Assembly: GCA_963801165.1 (NCBI GenBank)
Contig: CAWDDT010000006.1
Span: 448,001 to 512,000 of the forward strand
Length of the DNA stretch: 64,000 nt
Direction: 5' to 3'
DNA from: an uncultured bacterium
Lineage (GTDB): Bacteria > Actinomycetota > Acidimicrobiia > Spongiisociales > UBA5794
Below, one piece after another: positions 49,648 to 59,243 of this stretch. The notes under the pieces are model-generated. The model had not been told where the DNA came from and did no database searches. It was given only the letters and a program-made list of their open reading frames with translations. How positions within the stretch are numbered: the stretch's first letter is position 1; each line of letters begins with the position of its first letter. The position numbers and the translations under genes were made by a program.

Positions 49648-49690
49648 CTTCGTGATTACAACTTCGGTGACTACAACCTCGGTGATTACT
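49647..49690. repeat. Degenerate 15-bp repeat x3 filling the ileS/divIVA convergent gap
   Basis: ACTTC-GTGATTACA, ACTTCGGTGACTACA, ACCTCGGTGATTACT. Confidence 0.8.
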
Positions 49691-50618
49691 GCGGCGGGTG
49701 ACCGCTCTGCTCGAGGCGCTCGCGCAAACCTGCCAACCGTCGCTGGTAGAAACCGATCTCGGGATTTCTGCCCGGCAGGCCCGGAGCCTCCGTGGCATCG
49801 GGTTCGTCGCTCGCTTCGACGTCGCCGGCGCCCAGCCCATCTTCGGTGAGATCGACCGAGGCTAGGAATACCTCGCGGCGCTGGGGTTCGGGCGGTGGTT
49901 CTGGCGACTTTGTGCCTGCGAGGTCCTCGTCGATGATCGCTTGCATCGTCCCCACCTCATTGGCCGCGGTCGCCGCCAGCCGGCGAAATCTCCCCTCGGC
50001 ATCGGCGAGCGCCGTGTGGAGGACCGCGATCCTCCGCTCCAACCGCTGGGTCTCGGCGGCGGCGGCCCTCCGTGTCTCGTCTGCCTTCTCGACCGCACGC
50101 CGGACGATCTCGGTGGCCTCGTCCTTGGCCTTCGTCGTCACATCCTCGACCTCGGCATCGGCGGCGTCGCGCGACGCTTGCAGCTCGTTCTGTAGTTCTG
50201 CCCGGAGACGTTTCCGCTCCGCTTCATGACCGGAGCGGATCTCGTCGCGCTCGGCTGTGGCCCCGGCGACGAGACGCCGGGCTTCCTCTCCCGCAAACGC
50301 CTTCTCCTCCTCTGCTTCGGCGCGCAGCATCGCAGCTTCCTGCCAGGTAGAGAGCGCGCCCACGCTGTCTCCCGATGCGCCGAACACGTCGCGCATCATG
50401 CGCTCGGTGAGCTCCACGGCCTGGTGTCTGGCCCGTTGCGCGGCCATCAGGTCGTCGCCCGACGGCGGATCGGGAACCGGTGCGGCCGAATCTGTCGACT
50501 CATGGGCGGCCAGCGCGTTCACTACCCGTTGCCGGAACGCTTCCACCTCTCGAGCGTCATACGAATGCTCGGTGCCGGAGAATTGTGTGCCTCTTGCCTC
50601 GTCGCTCGAAATATCCAC
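49686..50618 (-). CDS. DivIVA/Wag31-like coiled-coil protein
   Basis: N-terminal ISSDEARGTQFS...YDAREVEAF DivIVA-like pattern, long Ala/Glu coiled coil, located after yggT. Confidence 0.75.
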   Translation of the reverse strand: MDISSDEARGTQFSGTEHSYDAREVEAFRQRVVNALAAHESTDSAAPVPDPPSGDDLMAAQRARHQAVELTERMMRDVFGASGDSVGALSTWQEAAMLRAEAEEEKAFAGEEARRLVAGATAERDEIRSGHEAERKRLRAELQNELQASRDAADAEVEDVTTKAKDEATEIVRRAVEKADETRRAAAAETQRLERRIAVLHTALADAEGRFRRLAATAANEVGTMQAIIDEDLAGTKSPEPPPEPQRREVFLASVDLTEDGLGAGDVEASDEPDATEAPGLPGRNPEIGFYQRRLAGLRERLEQSGHPPQ

Positions 50619-50687
50619 AAGTCGATCGTAATCGCTATGACCGGTCCGCGGGTTCCGCGATAGCGATTTTCAGGTACGGGCCACCAG

Positions 50688-50951
50688 TTAACAAAGAAAG
50701 TTGCGCAGGATGATGATGGCGAGAAACAGGACCATGGGCGAGAGGTCGAGCCCCATACCGCCGACCCGCACCGGGGGCAGAATCCGGCGGATCGGTCTCA
50801 GAATCGGGTCGATGGCGCGCGACAGGAAGTCATAAATGGAGCGGACCGGGTGACCCCAGCCGAGACGACCAAAGTTGACTACATAGCTGAGCACTACCCA
50901 GGCGAGCAATAGCAACATCGCCAGATAGAGAACGTTGCACAGGAGGTTCAT
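50688..50951 (-). CDS. YggT family membrane protein (SepG-like)
   Basis: DPILRPIRRILPPVRVGGMGLDLSP. Confidence 0.92.
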   Translation of the reverse strand: MNLLCNVLYLAMLLLLAWVVLSYVVNFGRLGWGHPVRSIYDFLSRAIDPILRPIRRILPPVRVGGMGLDLSPMVLFLAIIILRNFLC

Positions 50952-51559
50952 CAGTCGTGTGCCAGGCTCGTGTCATAGAGGCCAAGCGAGGCCAGGCGGC
51001 GCCTCTCGTCCACGCCCACGGTGGTGCCTTCCGGAGTGACCAGTATCACACCGGTTGCGATCTTGGCCATCCTCCCGTCGAGTGCATAGGTCAGCCCGCT
51101 CGAGAAATCCACGAGACGTCTCACCATCGCAGTCTCGGTCTCACGTAGGTCGAGAACCACGGGCCGTCCCTCCCGGATGTGATCGGCCAGAGTCTGGGCG
51201 TCTGAGAGAGTCCTGGCCTCGATCACCACCGGCTCCGTGGAGCCGCGGGCATGGGCCCTATCCATGCCCCGCGGTGGCTTGGTGGTCCGGCCGCTGGTTA
51301 CGAGAACGCCTGCTTCGGCATGCTCTGCGTTTTCCGACACCCGCCGCCGCACCGGTGCCGGCGGCTCGATTCGCCGTCCGGCGATGGCACCCGTGGCACG
51401 ACCGATACGGAGATCAGACCGGTCTCTCCTGGCTGGCCGCGGTGGTTCGACGGTGCGCACCGCACCCTGTGAGTCTTCGACAGCCGCCTCGGCAGCCTCT
51501 ATCTCGTCGTCGTCCACTAGACCCAGATAGAACATCGTCTTCTGCCAGAGTGATGCCAT
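50951..51559 (-). CDS. sepF: Cell division protein SepF
   Basis: MASLWQKTMFYLGL amphipathic helix and RRLVDFSSGLTYALDG. Confidence 0.93.
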   Translation of the reverse strand: MASLWQKTMFYLGLVDDDEIEAAEAAVEDSQGAVRTVEPPRPARRDRSDLRIGRATGAIAGRRIEPPAPVRRRVSENAEHAEAGVLVTSGRTTKPPRGMDRAHARGSTEPVVIEARTLSDAQTLADHIREGRPVVLDLRETETAMVRRLVDFSSGLTYALDGRMAKIATGVILVTPEGTTVGVDERRRLASLGLYDTSLAHD

Positions 51560-51570
51560 TTCGTCCTCAA

Positions 51571-52245
51571 TCAATCCTTGCCCGTGTCCCCGGGTTCACC
51601 AAAGATAGCCCGTCCAACGCGTATCAGCGTGGCACCTTCCTCGATCGCCACTTCATAATCATCCGTCATTCCCATCGATAAGTGTGTCAATTCAGGAAAA
51701 GTCGTGGACAACTCCCTGCGCATGTCCGCCAGGGCCTTGAACCACCTCCGGTTGTCCTCGGCCCGTTCCACCTGTGGCGGCATCGCCATGAGACCGACAC
51801 ATTCGACACCGACCGAACGGGCGTGCTCCAGAAGTGACCGAACTTCGTCAGGTGCGGCGCCGTGTTTTTGCGGCTCCGCCGCGATGTTGACCTGCAGCAG
51901 CGCCGGCGATCGATCGGGAATGCCGGCCCACGTGTCGATCAACCGCACCCGGTCGAGCGAGTGCAACAGATGAGTATGTGGTGCCGCGGTCTTCACCTGG
52001 CGTGTCTGGAGAGACCCAATGAAGTGCCACCGTATGTCATCGGGGAGCACGGCGGCCTTCTCGGCAAGCTCCTGAGCGCGGTTCTCGCCGAAGTCGCGCT
52101 GGCCCCGACCGTATGCCTCCAGGATCGCCTCGGGGAGCCGGCCTTTCGAGACTGCGACCAGGGTGATCTCCTCGAGCGGTCTGCCGGCCCGGGCGGCCGC
52201 AGCCGCCACGACGCTATGGATCTCCTCTAGCTGTCTGGCAACCAT
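51571..52245 (-). CDS. yggS: YggS family PLP homeostasis protein
   Basis: LVAVSK, FGENRAQE, WHFIGSLQ, LSMGMTDD, IRVGRAIFG. Confidence 0.95.
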   Translation of the reverse strand: MVARQLEEIHSVVAAAAARAGRPLEEITLVAVSKGRLPEAILEAYGRGQRDFGENRAQELAEKAAVLPDDIRWHFIGSLQTRQVKTAAPHTHLLHSLDRVRLIDTWAGIPDRSPALLQVNIAAEPQKHGAAPDEVRSLLEHARSVGVECVGLMAMPPQVERAEDNRRWFKALADMRRELSTTFPELTHLSMGMTDDYEVAIEEGATLIRVGRAIFGEPGDTGKD

Positions 52246-52856
52246 GCCACCGTCACCTGTCTGTGTCGTGTCCCATCTCGACGCCACGAGTACATCCGCT
52301 CCGAAGTGTACGTGCACTCGCCGGACACCCACACCTCGAGACCGTGAAGCTGGCTCTCGAGATACGAGGGAATATCCACGCTTGGTGTCCCCCAGCTCGT
52401 CGTAGCCACGAACCCGGGGAACCGATCGGCCACCTCCGTACCCACCTCGTAGCAGCACGGACCGATGGCCGGCCCTATGGCCGCCCGCACGGGCTCATGG
52501 CCGGCCTTCGTCAACGCCCGAAGGGCCGCTGGCAATACCCCGGCGGCCGCTCCTCTCCACCCGGCGTGGACAACTGCGACCGCACCGTCTGCCTCGACGA
52601 CGACCGGAACACAGTCGGCCGTGGCCACAGCAATGGGAAGACCGGGTCGGAGGACGACCAGAGCATCACCGTCGCCCCTTCTGCCCGGCCCGTCCGCGGT
52701 GAGGACTGTCGCTCCATGAACCTGCTCTAGAAAAGCCCATTTCGCCGGGATACCGAGTTCCTTTGCCACCCGTTTGCGTGCCGACCCGTCTGAGCGCAGG
52801 TCGCTCTCGGCGGCGGTGCCGAATGCCGCACCGGCGAAACCCGGGGGCCGGATCAT
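52227..52856 (-). CDS. pgeF: PgeF/YfiH family protein
   Basis: [29 protein letters not shown]. Confidence 0.92.
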   Translation of the reverse strand: MIRPPGFAGAAFGTAAESDLRSDGSARKRVAKELGIPAKWAFLEQVHGATVLTADGPGRRGDGDALVVLRPGLPIAVATADCVPVVVEADGAVAVVHAGWRGAAAGVLPAALRALTKAGHEPVRAAIGPAIGPCCYEVGTEVADRFPGFVATTSWGTPSVDIPSYLESQLHGLEVWVSGECTYTSERMYSWRRDGTRHRQVTVAWLPDS

Positions 52857-53911
52857 TCGGTGACGAAGCCGGGTATGTCCAGATCGTCGAGCGGCTCTTC
52901 ACGGCTGGGCCGTGGAGTGAAGTCGGTGAAGCTCGGCCGGCTCATCGTGCGACGATCACGGTCGAATCCGGCCGCGATGACCGTCACCCTCATCTCGTTG
53001 CCGAGCGCATCGTCGACGACGGCACCGAAAATAATGTTGGCATCGCTGTCACAGTGGTCGGCGATGATGCCCGCCGCCGTCGAAATCTCGTGGAGGGTCA
53101 TGTCCTCCGGACCGGCGATCGACAGAAGCACGCCGCGGGCTCCTTCCATCGAGGTCTCCAGCAAAGGCGAGCTGATGGCCTTGTCGGCCGCCTGGGTAGC
53201 CCGGTTCTCACCCGTCGAGGCGCCGATGCCCATGACGGCCGAGCCTGCATCGACCATGATTGTCTTGACGTCGGCGAAGTCGACGTTTATCAAACCGGGG
53301 GTCGTGATCAGATCGGTGATGCCCCGGACTCCGCTCGACAGCACCAGATCTGCCATCCCGAATGCCTCGAGGACACCTGTGCGCTCGTCGGCGATTTCGA
53401 GCAGACGCTCGTTCGGAATGATGATCAGGGTGTCGACCGCATCCTTGAGAGTCTGGATGCCCTGCTCAGCCTGGACGGAGCGCCGCCGCCCCTCGAAGCC
53501 GAACGGGCGGGTGACCACGCCGACGGTCAGGGCACCGATCTCCTTGGCGATCTCGGCCACAACCGGAGCACCTCCGGTGCCGGTGCCACCGCCCTCGCCT
53601 GCGGTGATGAATACCATGTCGGCGCCCATGAGGGCGTCCTCGATCTCGTCCCGGTGTTCCTCTGCGGATTGCCGACCGATGTCGGGATCGGCACCTGCCC
53701 CCAAACCACGAGTGGAGGTGCGTCCGATGTCGAGCTTCACATCCGCATCAGACATGAGCAAAGCCTGGGCGTCGGTGTTGATCGCGATGAACTCGACCCC
53801 GCGGATACCGGCATCGATCATCCGGTTTACGGCGTTGACCCCGCCACCGCCAACACCCACCACCTTGATGACGGCAAGGTAATTCTGCAGGTTTGTTGCT
53901 TCGGTCACCAT
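52853..53911 (-). CDS. ftsZ: Cell division protein FtsZ
   Basis: [23 protein letters not shown] and C-terminal DLDIPGF. Confidence 0.99.
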   Translation of the reverse strand: MVTEATNLQNYLAVIKVVGVGGGGVNAVNRMIDAGIRGVEFIAINTDAQALLMSDADVKLDIGRTSTRGLGAGADPDIGRQSAEEHRDEIEDALMGADMVFITAGEGGGTGTGGAPVVAEIAKEIGALTVGVVTRPFGFEGRRRSVQAEQGIQTLKDAVDTLIIIPNERLLEIADERTGVLEAFGMADLVLSSGVRGITDLITTPGLINVDFADVKTIMVDAGSAVMGIGASTGENRATQAADKAISSPLLETSMEGARGVLLSIAGPEDMTLHEISTAAGIIADHCDSDANIIFGAVVDDALGNEMRVTVIAAGFDRDRRTMSRPSFTDFTPRPSREEPLDDLDIPGFVTE

Positions 53912-53938
53912 CTCCAAACTCCTATCTCAACCTGAACC

Positions 53939-54736
53939 TTAGCCTGAGTCCGTCGTTTCAGTAGTAACTTGCTGGGAACCCTCAACCTCTCCTTGAGGGT
54001 TGGTCACGGCCGGTCGTATCGGGGAAACGAGGTTGATCGACGCACCGTCGGCGATTCCTTGCTGGAGCAAGACGGCAAGCGTCACCGCCTTCTGCGCCAT
54101 GTCGACCGCAGAGCCGAGGATGACGTTGTGCCCCGACACCGTGGCCTTCAACTCCGAACCGGTGCTGGTCACCACCAATCCGTCCTTGAGCTCTACGGGG
54201 AGGGCGGAGACGAATTCGAGCGCGCCGAGCGCATCGGAGTTCTCGATGACATCCCCCGGATGGAGATCCCCGGCCTCTATGTCGATGAACGGATCGACCA
54301 GGCGCTGGCCTCGCGCCAGGACCGAGCCCTGCGTGGACGCCACCAGCCACGTATCGCCACTCTTGATACGGGCGATCGGGATGTACTCGACAACAGACAC
54401 CTCTATCGATCTCGGCCAGAGCACCCGGACCTGGGCCTCGGCAATCCAGGGGTCCTCACGTAGCTTGTCCTCGATCCTGCCGGCACGAACCGACACGATC
54501 GACACACCATCCTCGACTCCCGCCGCATTCAGGATCGAGGCGACATCGGCACGACTCGCCCCTTCGATTGTGATCGAGTCCACCGCAAACCAGGACGACT
54601 CGAAGACGGCAACGACCATTCCGGCGGCGACGGCCAGCACCAGCAGGCCGATTGTCCAGCGCAGCCGGCGGCGGGCACTCGCCTCCTGAACCTCGCGGCG
54701 GCGACGGGCCAAACGGGGATCGACGGTCTCGGTCAT
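53939..54736 (-). CDS. ftsQ: Cell division protein FtsQ/DivIB
   Basis: Basic N-tail, single TM, POTRA (PWIAEAQVRVLWP); located before ftsZ. Confidence 0.9.
   Translation of the reverse strand: MTETVDPRLARRRREVQEASARRRLRWTIGLLVLAVAAGMVVAVFESSWFAVDSITIEGASRADVASILNAAGVEDGVSIVSVRAGRIEDKLREDPWIAEAQVRVLWPRSIEVSVVEYIPIARIKSGDTWLVASTQGSVLARGQRLVDPFIDIEAGDLHPGDVIENSDALGALEFVSALPVELKDGLVVTSTGSELKATVSGHNVILGSAVDMAQKAVTLAVLLQQGIADGASINLVSPIRPAVTNPQGEVEGSQQVTTETTDSG
53977..54001. promoter_or_regulatory. 25-bp palindromic operator upstream of ftsZ (FtsR-box-like)
   Basis: AACCCTCAA-CCTCTCC-TTGAGGGTT has perfect 9-bp arms and lies inside the ftsQ 3' end. Confidence 0.65.
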
Positions 54737-55629
54737 GATTCGTCACCGAAATCCCCGATGAACCTGATCTCGGGCTCGAGAAGCACGCCGGTGCGCGCCA
54801 ACACCAACCCGCGCACCTCGCTCACGAGGTCGTACACGTCCTGAGCGGTTGCGGTGTCGTCGGCAACGAAGAAATTGGCGTGGCGCTCAGACACAGATGC
54901 GCCGCGGACGGCGAAGCCCTTCAATCCGCACACATCGATGAGCCGGCCCGCAGAATCATCGGGAGGGTTCTTGAAGACGCTCCCGGCGTTGAAGGTTCCC
55001 CCTGGCTGATGCTCGCGGCGCCATGACGTGATCTCCCGCATCAGCGCCTCACACTCGTCTCTGTCTCGCTGCACGGTTCGGAAACGCGCCCGGAGCACCA
55101 CGTCGGCCCGGGTGAGGCGGCTATGCCGGTAGCTCAGCTCGAGCTCCTCCGGGGTCGACGAGGTGATCCGACCGGTCGCAGTGTCGAGCACGCCGGCCGT
55201 AGCGAGCCACTCCGCGGTATCGGAGCCGTGACCGCCGGCATTCATGACCACGGCCCCGCCGACGGAGCCGGGGATTCCGACATAAAACTCCAAGCCGCCC
55301 CGATTGGCCGCGGCACAGGTCCGGGCGAGGCGCGGCAGCGACACTCCAGCCCCCGCCTCCACCGTCTCCTCCCCCATTGCGACCTCGTTGAACTCGCCGG
55401 TGAGCTTGACGACCAGACCGTGATAGCCGCGGTCTGATATGACGACGTTCGAGCCCCTGCCCAAGACGACAAACGGCACATCGCTCGCGGCTAATGCTGC
55501 GGCGAGTTGGTCGACCGTTTCCGCCTCGGCGTACCAGGCAGCAGGACCACCGAACTTGTAGGTCGACATCCCGGCGAGAGGGTGATCTTTCGTGACCAGC
55601 CCTTGCCTCGCGAGATCGGCAAGGCTCAC
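54733..55629 (-). CDS. murB: UDP-N-acetylmuramate dehydrogenase
   Basis: GRGSN, GIPGSVGGAVVMNAG, AGSVFKNP, HANF, LEPE. Confidence 0.96.
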   Translation of the reverse strand: MSLADLARQGLVTKDHPLAGMSTYKFGGPAAWYAEAETVDQLAAALAASDVPFVVLGRGSNVVISDRGYHGLVVKLTGEFNEVAMGEETVEAGAGVSLPRLARTCAAANRGGLEFYVGIPGSVGGAVVMNAGGHGSDTAEWLATAGVLDTATGRITSSTPEELELSYRHSRLTRADVVLRARFRTVQRDRDECEALMREITSWRREHQPGGTFNAGSVFKNPPDDSAGRLIDVCGLKGFAVRGASVSERHANFFVADDTATAQDVYDLVSEVRGLVLARTGVLLEPEIRFIGDFGDES

Positions 55630-56999
55630 GACCGCTCACCAAGGGCAGCTGCGATGTCGTCGGCAATGCTGTTGACGTCACCGGCTCCGAGCAGCAGGAC
55701 GACGTCACCTTCGACCAACTCGGGAACGAGCGTCGCTGCCACGGAGTGAATCGAGGGGATGTAGACGACGTCCCCACCCGCCGCGGTCACCGCGTCGGCA
55801 ATGACCCGACCGGTGACACCGGGTTGGGGTGGCTCACCGGCCGAGTACACGTCGGTGACGATCACCTTGTCGGCCGTCGCCAGCGGAGCCCCGAAAGCCG
55901 GCCCGAGCGCCGCGGTGCGCGTGTAGCGGTGCGGCTGGAACACGGCCCAGACCCGGTTCCACCCGCCGAGACGCCCGGCGCTGATAGTCGCCCCGACCTC
56001 GGTGGGATGGTGGGCGTAGTCGTCGACGACCGTTATCCCTTCGATGCTGACCCGCGTCTCGAAGCGACGCCGGACACCACCAAAGGTGGCGATACCGGCA
56101 GCAGCCTGTTGCGGGTCGTAGCCGAGTTCGGCAAGGAGGGCGATCGCACCTGCGGCGTTGAGGGCAACGTGTACGCCCGGGCGGGGCACCCTGACCTCGA
56201 CTGTCGTGTCCGGGCCCTCGAGCCGGAACGCGACCTCGCCGATGCCGTGGGTGATATCGCAGACGCGCCACTGAGCAGCCGGGCTCTGGCCGTAGGTGAT
56301 CACCGCGGCGCGCTGGGCGAGCCGTTGCACACCGGCGTCGTCTATGCATCCCACCACCGGCCCGTCCGTGCGGTTGGCCACAAGCGCAAACGCCTCCTCG
56401 AGCGCGTATACGGTCTTGTAGTAGTCGAGGTGATCTGCTTCGACGTTGGTGACGAGCAAAGCGCGCATATGAAGATGGCGGAAGGTCCCAAACGCTTCGT
56501 CCGCTTCGAGCACGAAAACGTCGCGATCGCCGATGTGGGCGAACGTATTCTCGGTCACCAACTCACCCCCGACGAGGAATGTCGGGTCGAGACCCAGCCC
56601 GTGCAATGCCGCCACGACCAGCCCTGTAGTGGTGGTCTTGCCGTGAGTGCCGCTGATACCAATGGCGGGCATCTCCGCGGTGAAGGCGTCGAGCAGGGCG
56701 GGCCGCTCCCACACCGTGGCCCCCTGCCCCGCGGCGGCGACAAGCTCCGGGTCGTGCGGCGGAACCGCCGAAGACGCTACAACCAGATCTGGCTCGTCCA
56801 TCCGCTCGGGGCGATGACCTATCCAGGTCTCGATCCCGATGTCCTCTAGCGCATCGAGGATGCGGCTCGGCTTGAGGTCCGATCCGGTCACCCGATAGCC
56901 GAGGCCGGCGAGCAGCTTGGCCAACCCGCTCATCCCGGCACCCGCGGCACCGACCATGTGAATGCGCTCGTAGCCCTCCAGCGATCTCTGCTCAACCAT
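55626..56999 (-). CDS. murC: UDP-N-acetylmuramate--L-alanine ligase
   Basis: GAAGAGMSG, GTHGKTTT, EADE, DDYAHHPTE, FQPHRY. Confidence 0.97.
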   Translation of the reverse strand: MVEQRSLEGYERIHMVGAAGAGMSGLAKLLAGLGYRVTGSDLKPSRILDALEDIGIETWIGHRPERMDEPDLVVASSAVPPHDPELVAAAGQGATVWERPALLDAFTAEMPAIGISGTHGKTTTTGLVVAALHGLGLDPTFLVGGELVTENTFAHIGDRDVFVLEADEAFGTFRHLHMRALLVTNVEADHLDYYKTVYALEEAFALVANRTDGPVVGCIDDAGVQRLAQRAAVITYGQSPAAQWRVCDITHGIGEVAFRLEGPDTTVEVRVPRPGVHVALNAAGAIALLAELGYDPQQAAAGIATFGGVRRRFETRVSIEGITVVDDYAHHPTEVGATISAGRLGGWNRVWAVFQPHRYTRTAALGPAFGAPLATADKVIVTDVYSAGEPPQPGVTGRVIADAVTAAGGDVVYIPSIHSVAATLVPELVEGDVVLLLGAGDVNSIADDIAAALGERS

Positions 57000-58074
57000 C
57001 GACAACCTCACGCAATGCCTGGGCGATCACCTTTGCTGCGGCGGGACGGCCGTGCGCCGCCATGACGGCGCCCATCGACTCACGCCGGGCTCGATCCACG
57101 ATCAGCTGATCGATCACTACCGGTACCTGGTCTATCTGCGTTTGCTGAACCCGAACCAACCCTCCGGCCGATTCGAGCTCCAGAGCGTTTGCCGCCTGGT
57201 TGGTGCCCAACCCCAATGGAACCACAACTGCGGGCGTACCGGTGGCTGCGAGCTCGTTTATCGTCATTGCCCCGGCCCGCGACAGCACCAGATCCGAAAC
57301 AGCGTAAAAAAAGTCCATCCGGTCCTCGAAAGCAACCGGGATCCACTCTACGGCGGAGTGGCTCGAGGCCTCGGCGATGGTGTCGAAATGCGGCTTGCCG
57401 GTGAGGTGAACGATCGAGACGTGATCGGAATCGATCGACATGGCGAGGGCCTCGACGACATCGTTGAGTACCTGGGCTCCAAGACTGCCACCCAGGACAC
57501 CCAGCACGGGGAGCGGCCTGGTCACCCCGTAGTGGCGGCGCGCCTCGGCTCGCAGCAGATCGCGGTTGAAGTCGCCGAACTCGGGTCTGAGCGGGTTGCC
57601 GGTCACCTCGCCGCGTTTCAGTTGCCGTTGCGCCGCAGGGAACCCGAGAAACACACGCTTGGCCATACCCGCCACAAACCGGTTTGCCAGACCCGGTTTG
57701 GCGTTCTGCTCCTGGACAAAGATGCTGGCGCCCACCCGGCGTGCCGCCAGCGCCGCGGGTACCGACACGTAGCCGCCGAACACGATGCACGCCCTGGCCT
57801 CCCTGGCGCGCATCTCCTCCTGAATACGTCGGGTCGCCTGCCGCACCACCCTGGGTATTCCCAGGTTGTGCGGATCGAAAGACCGCTTCAGACCTCGCAG
57901 GTCGACGGCGACGAAGTCGTATCCCGCGGCAGGCACGGTGGTCGCCTCCATTCGGTCACCACCGAAGAACACGATGTCGCTGCTGTCGACACCCGACGCC
58001 ACAAGAGCGCCGGCGACGGCGAGAGCGGGAAACACATGACCACCCGTGCCGGCGGCCGCAAAGGCATAGGTCAC
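56992..58074 (-). CDS. murG: Lipid II GlcNAc transferase
   Basis: GTGGHVFP, GGYVS, EQN, GNP, GGSLGA, RAGA. Confidence 0.97.
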   Translation of the reverse strand: MTYAFAAAGTGGHVFPALAVAGALVASGVDSSDIVFFGGDRMEATTVPAAGYDFVAVDLRGLKRSFDPHNLGIPRVVRQATRRIQEEMRAREARACIVFGGYVSVPAALAARRVGASIFVQEQNAKPGLANRFVAGMAKRVFLGFPAAQRQLKRGEVTGNPLRPEFGDFNRDLLRAEARRHYGVTRPLPVLGVLGGSLGAQVLNDVVEALAMSIDSDHVSIVHLTGKPHFDTIAEASSHSAVEWIPVAFEDRMDFFYAVSDLVLSRAGAMTINELAATGTPAVVVPLGLGTNQAANALELESAGGLVRVQQTQIDQVPVVIDQLIVDRARRESMGAVMAAHGRPAAAKVIAQALREVVDG

Positions 58075-59243
58075 GTCGCCTCACCAGGCCCGGAGCGCGA
58101 TTTGCCGGCCAACCTAGCGATGTTCACCAGCACTCCGATCACGAACAGGTTGGCAATCATCGCACTCCCGCCCGCCGACAGGAACGGCAACGGGACACCG
58201 GTGATCGGGAGCACCTTTGTCACCCCGCCAATGTTGACGAGAGCCTGGAAGGTCAACCAGGAAACCAGGCCGACGGCGAGCAGACGACCAAACTCGTCGC
58301 GGGCGCGCAGCGCGATGGTCACGCCGACCAGGGCGACAACCACGAACAGAGCGATCACCGCGAGGGCGCCGGCGAGACCGGTCTCCTCACCGATGATGGC
58401 GAAGATGAAGTCGCTGTGGGCGTTGGGGAGAAAGGACCAGCGTGCCCGACTGGCCCCGAGCCCGACGCCGAACCAGCCGCCGGTGCCGAGAGCAACGAGG
58501 CTCTGGTGAGCGTGATAACCCACACCCAGCACATCTACGTTGGGGTCGAGGAAGCTCGTCAAGCGCTCCATCCGGTACGGAGCAGCCACCGCCAGCCCGG
58601 CGCCGGCAGCCGCGGCGATGACCATGAGGCCGATGATGTATCGAATCCGGGCGCTCGAGGCGAGGAGCACCGTGAACCCGGATGCGGCGATCAGCATCGT
58701 CGTCCCGAAGTCGGGCTGCAGCATGAGGAACGTCCCGATCGCCCCGAGCGAGAGCGCGACGGGCCAGAACACATGGGCAAACGTGTTCAGATAGGCGGCT
58801 TTGCGGGTGAGCACCGCGGCGAGCATCACAACGACGGCGAATTTGGCGAACTCAGATGGCTGCAACGTCACCGGTCCGAGCTGGATCCAGCGCTGCGACC
58901 CGTTGCGGACGTCACCGATGGCCATGGTCGCCAGGAGTCCGGCAATCGCCAACCCGTAAATCGGCACCGCCGCCCGCTGATAGAACCGGTAAGGGACCCG
59001 CGCTCCCACCACGAGTGCCACCAACCCGATGGCGGCGAAGATCGCTTGGCGCTTGAAGTAGTAGAGCTTGTCCCACCCTTCCCGGATGGCGAGCACGGAC
59101 GATGCAGAGAGCAACGCCCCGAGCCCGATGATGAGCAGCACCATCACCGGCAGCAGCAGCAGGACCGAGATGCGCCCCGCCAGCCCTTCGCGCCGCGAGG
59201 CGAACGAGCGGGCTTCGGTTATCGGCGTGACCCTAGTTGCCAT
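58071..59243 (-). CDS. ftsW: Peptidoglycan glycosyltransferase FtsW
   Basis: QPSEFAK, QPDFGT, LPNAHSDFIFAIIGEE, GVPLPFLSAGGS. Confidence 0.96.
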   Translation of the reverse strand: MATRVTPITEARSFASRREGLAGRISVLLLLPVMVLLIIGLGALLSASSVLAIREGWDKLYYFKRQAIFAAIGLVALVVGARVPYRFYQRAAVPIYGLAIAGLLATMAIGDVRNGSQRWIQLGPVTLQPSEFAKFAVVVMLAAVLTRKAAYLNTFAHVFWPVALSLGAIGTFLMLQPDFGTTMLIAASGFTVLLASSARIRYIIGLMVIAAAAGAGLAVAAPYRMERLTSFLDPNVDVLGVGYHAHQSLVALGTGGWFGVGLGASRARWSFLPNAHSDFIFAIIGEETGLAGALAVIALFVVVALVGVTIALRARDEFGRLLAVGLVSWLTFQALVNIGGVTKVLPITGVPLPFLSAGGSAMIANLFVIGVLVNIARLAGKSRSGPGEAT

